From the human T2T-CHM13v2.0 reference genome, Homo sapiens, in assembly GCF_009914755.1 (NCBI RefSeq), contig NC_060938.1: a DNA stretch of 64,000 bases; one strand, 5' to 3'. The translations under genes and the position numbers were made by a program. Each line of letters starts with the position of its first letter. Position 1 is the first letter of the stretch. Positions 60,288 through 64,000 of the stretch are shown here, piece after piece. The notes under the pieces are model-generated. The model searched no databases. It was not told the DNA's origin and was given only the letters and a program-made list of their open reading frames with translations.

Positions 60288-60900
60288 GTGGTAGACTGCC
60301 TCTAATGTGGCCCCAGTGTACCACCTTCGATGTGGTTCCTGTGAACCGCTTCTCCTGGTATTCACAGTCTTGTATAGACCCTTCCTACATCAAATCAGGG
60401 CTGGACTGTATGGTCAGCAGAATATGGCTGATGACTTCTAAGACTAAGTCCTAAAAGGTTCTATAGCACTCTTGGTCTCTTAGTTAGCTAATGCTGGGGG
60501 AAGCCAGCTGCCATGCCATAATGGCTAGGTTGGTCAGATATATCAAATACAAATATAGGATCAAATACAAATTTGGTATAGACTAAACTGGAATTTTTGA
60601 TAAACAATTTTTTTATTATAAGTATGTCCCAAGTACTATTTGAAACATGGAGAAGAACTGGGGCCCCCAACCAACAGCCACCATCAACTTGCCAACTGTA
60701 TGAGTGAGTCATTCCTGGAAGTTGATCCTCCAGCCCCAGTCAAGCCTTTATATAACTTTGGCTTAATGAGACGCCCTAAGCCAGAATTGGCCAGCCAACT
60801 ACTCTCCAATTTTTAACCTACAAACACTGTGAGAACTCATAAACTATTATTGTTATTTAAACTAAGTTTTGGAGTATGTTTGTACTCATAGATAACCAAC
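60288..60900 (+). mobile_element. MLT1E/F-type MaLR LTR, interrupted by half a MER53
   Basis: ggggaagccagctgccatg...gaactggggcc...ccaacagcc...gatcctccagccccagtcaagcc...ctaagttttggag...atagataac. Confidence 0.8.
60526..60648. mobile_element. MER53-like palindromic hAT MITE, one arm only
   Basis: taggttggtcagat...gaatttttgataaacaa...ttattataagtatgtccca..tatttgaaacat. Confidence 0.65.
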
Positions 60901-62018
60901 AAAGAAATTTTTTATTTTGGGAGGTTGTTGATAGATTGTTTTGACTTCTGGGTTTTTTTTGTAAAAATAGATGCATATTGCTGATATCTAACTAAGGGAA
61001 TTTTCAGACTCTTCCCTGGTTACTGCTCCTGGCAGAGGCAACAGCAGCAGTTGTATGTCTTGATTAAGACAACTTCAAGAAGGATAGTGCAAGGGTTTGT
61101 CAGCTAAAGGGCTTGGATTACAGCTAGGAATAATCCCTGAAGGGATAAAAGAATTAAATAAAATCTAGAGCTCTCTTAAGAGCTGAGTTGGTTAAAACAA
61201 GAAAAGTTGGCAAGCCTGGAAGTCAGGAGTTATCATGAAAATGAGTGGCAAAGGCGAAGTTAGGAGCTGGAAAGAAGCTGGTGCAAAATTAATACCAGGA
61301 GGGCAAATGAAGGAGGGGGTCTTGGCCAATTTTCTAGGAGCAACCTGGAGGCTTTTGGCTTGCCACAGTCAAACTTTGGTTTTCCTAACTTCTTGATACT
61401 CAGTTCTGCAGCGATGGTGCTTGTCATTTTGTGCAGGAGCTTAGAAACATCCTGGGAAAGAAAGTAATTAAAACACCCATTCTTCTCATGTATAGGTTCA
61501 GTATTATTTTAATGCCTTCAGTGAGTTTGATAGTCCTTTCTGAGGTCAGCCAGTGGGAAAGAACATCACATGGAAACTTATTGTTGGGGAAGCTGGACTG
61601 GGACATGGTTTCATCCTCAAGGCCCTGTCTTGTGGAAATAGCTATTTTCTAAATTGTATATCTGAACCCAGAGGCATCTCCAGACCTGGGCATCAAGCCG
61701 TATGGTCGCAACGGGTTTAAGTTTCTGGGCCTCTAAGTATAGTTCTGGTCTGAAAATTCTGGACTAGCAAGTTAATCACTTCAGAAGAGAAAAAAACATT
61801 CATTGGCAAATAAAGGACCCATATCCAATTCTGGTGCCCTGAGCCAATGATTAAGTCCCTCCACGCTTAGCATTAGGCATGGGAACTAACCACTTGGATT
61901 GAATCTTTGGTCTTTGCTTGGTTTAGGGAAATTTTATGACTTTAAGAGGGTGATATTGGCAGGCACACTAAGCTGGGTAGGTAGAAGATTCCATGGTAAA
62001 TTAGACTATAAATGTATA

Positions 62019-62215
62019 TTCTACTTAGGGAAGAAAAATGTATTTTGTATGTGAGGCAGTGTGTGGTTGGCTGGATGGAAGCTGAGATTTTCTACCTCCA
62101 CAACCAGACTTCCAGCACTGCATCTGCCAAATACCCTCAGCAGCTGGCATGAAAGGCAATAAGCAATGTTGAGTGGCTTTCTTCTTTTTTTCCCTTTGGG
62201 TGTCTCAAAAGATTT
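62019..62215 (+). repeat. Local direct duplication D, copy 1
   Basis: Collinear with 63053-63254; 53 bp identical core at 62096-62148. Confidence 0.95.
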
Positions 62216-62370
62216 TTCTCTCATATATATGAAATAGGACCATATTTGTATCTCAAGTGAAATCATTCATGTCAGTTGCATGTCCTATAAGGTAATCCTA
62301 GAAAGTGGTCTGAGGCTGGAATATGAGTTTTCTATTTTAGATTGAGAAGTTAGGGCTTAAGGCTGTAGGC

Positions 62371-62558
62371 CAGTGATTCTCAAACTTTACCAGCCACCAG
62401 AACCACCTTGTGAGCTTGTAAAAGCACAGTTGCTGGACCCCACATTCTGGAGCTTCTAATTCAGTAGGTCTGAGATGGGATCCAAGAGGCTGCATTTCTA
62501 ACAAGCCCCAGGTGATGCTCATGCTGTGGGTCCTGGGACTACACTTTGGGAATCACTG
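62371..62558 (+). mobile_element. MER5A hAT-Charlie MITE
   Basis: cagtgattctcaaact...ttcagtaggtctg...tgcatttctaacaagccccaggtgatgct...cactttgggaatcactg. Confidence 0.9.
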
Positions 62559-63052
62559 CTGTACATAGCTGGTGCCAGTGCTAAACTGAGGGAAGAAATA
62601 ACACCAACTGATAGAAAGCTCTAATTTAGAATTATAATACTGCAGCAAGGTAGAAAATCCAACAGAAAGGGCAGAGATTTAAGACCAAGTCCATTGGGCT
62701 GTTTATGTGCAATGATTAAAAACTGGGAAAATTTAAGGAAAGTCACTACAGAATATCTCAAATCTCTCTAAACACCCAGCACTTGTTGTTTGCTCTTTTG
62801 CTCTGATGAATGCCTCAGGCAAGTATCTGTCAAAGGACTGTGAAGACATTTGTGGTTGTGAGTGCAGGACGCAGGCTTTTCAGAGCAATGTGCCTATCAT
62901 CCCGTGTGGTTGGTAGAACTGATGTCTTGTTCCTTGTGCATGGTAAGACTAGGCTGAGGCAAAGAAGGTCAAAAGCCCTCACTTCAGAAAATTTCACACA
63001 GTGTGTTGCCAAACTGGCCCCTGAAATCCTCTTCTGCTCCACGAAGGGAAAG

Positions 63053-63254
63053 TTCTGCTTAGGAAAAAAAAAAATGTATTTTTGTGTGTGAGGCAGTGTG
63101 CAGTTGGCCAGACAGAAGCTGAGGCTTTTCTATCTCCACAACCAGACTTCCAGCACTGCATCTGCCAAATACCCTCAGCAGCTGGCGAGAAAGGAAGAAA
63201 GTAATGTTGAGTAGCTTTCTTCTTTTTTTCCCCGTTAGATTTCTCAAAAGATTT
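63053..63254 (+). repeat. Local direct duplication D, copy 2
   Basis: Identical core at 63134-63186. Confidence 0.95.
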
Positions 63255-63557
63255 AGACAGTTGAAATAATACCCTTTCTGCTCCTTGCCCCTGCCGTAAT
63301 GTAGTCCATTTGTCTAAATTACAGACTTGGCAATTATTTGTGTGTGTGTGTGTGTGTGTTTTCCAGATTGAAAAAAAAAAAAAATTATCTCCACTCTGTG
63401 TGAAGGTGGCCAAGCAACAACAGACTCAGACATCACACATCTGTAGAGAAGAGGAGAAATTTGTTCAGTACCTGTAATGTGCTACACATTTGGTCCATAT
63501 CAACTTGTTTAATCTTCACCTCAGCCTTATGAGTTAGATATTGTCATGGGCTCCAGT

Positions 63558-64000
63558 ATTTTTATTTATAATTTTTACAAAATAGGCCAGGTGCAGTGGC
63601 TTACGCTTGTAATCCCAGCACTTTGGGAGGCCAAGACGGGCGGATCATCTGAGGTTGGGAGTTCGAGACCAGCCTGGCCTACATGGTGAAACCCAGTCTC
63701 TACTAAAAATATAGAAATTAGCTGGGGGTGGTGGCGGGAGGCAGGAGAACCGCTTGAACCCGGGAGGCAGAGGTTGCAGTGAGCCAAGATCGCACCACTG
63801 CACTCCAGCCTGTGCGACAGAGTGAGACTGTCTCAGAGAAAAGTAAATAAAATAAAATAAAATTTTTACAAAATAGTTTTAGATTTATGGAAGAGCTGCA
63901 AAGATAGTACAGACGGTTTCTATGTACTTTAGCTTCCTCTAACATTAACATCTTACATAAACATGTTGTATTTTTTTTTTTAAACTAAGAAATTAACATT
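63558..64000 (-). mobile_element. L1MC/MD-type 3' end, interrupted by an Alu; runs off the window
   Basis: ttttagatttatggaagagctgcaaagatagtacaga...ttaacatcttacataa...aaactaagaaattaacatt. Confidence 0.75.
63585..63860 (+). mobile_element. AluSp/Sq-type with a ~30 bp internal deletion
   Basis: Perfect 15 bp TSD aatttttacaaaata (63570, 63861); ggtggcggg|aggcaggaga junction. Confidence 0.95.

Overview
Non-coding primate genomic DNA, probably catarrhine because it carries AluY-type elements alongside THE1, L1PA and MADE1. I found no credible protein-coding gene, RNA gene or CRISPR array. The recognisable ORFs derive from Alu, L1, LTR or microsatellite sequence, and the rest look like chance frames. 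The window reads as a gene desert or large intron. It is a mosaic of Alu, L1, L2, MIR, MaLR LTRs and hAT/Tigger/mariner DNA-transposon relics, with purine-rich and CA-rich tandem repeats. Several repeat-free, motif-dense islands look like developmental enhancers. The most unusual structure is four non-tandem, same-orientation local duplications of about 90-320 bp, with copies 1.0-6.5 kb apart. In three of them one copy interrupts an older transposon and has micro-duplications at the junction, which points to templated insertion. The best case is a ~320 bp host segment captured between the two inverted arms of a MADE1 (Hsmar1 mariner MITE), giving a Pack-TIR-like composite. Repeat family names come from my recall of consensus sequences, not from a database search, and old-repeat boundaries are approximate.
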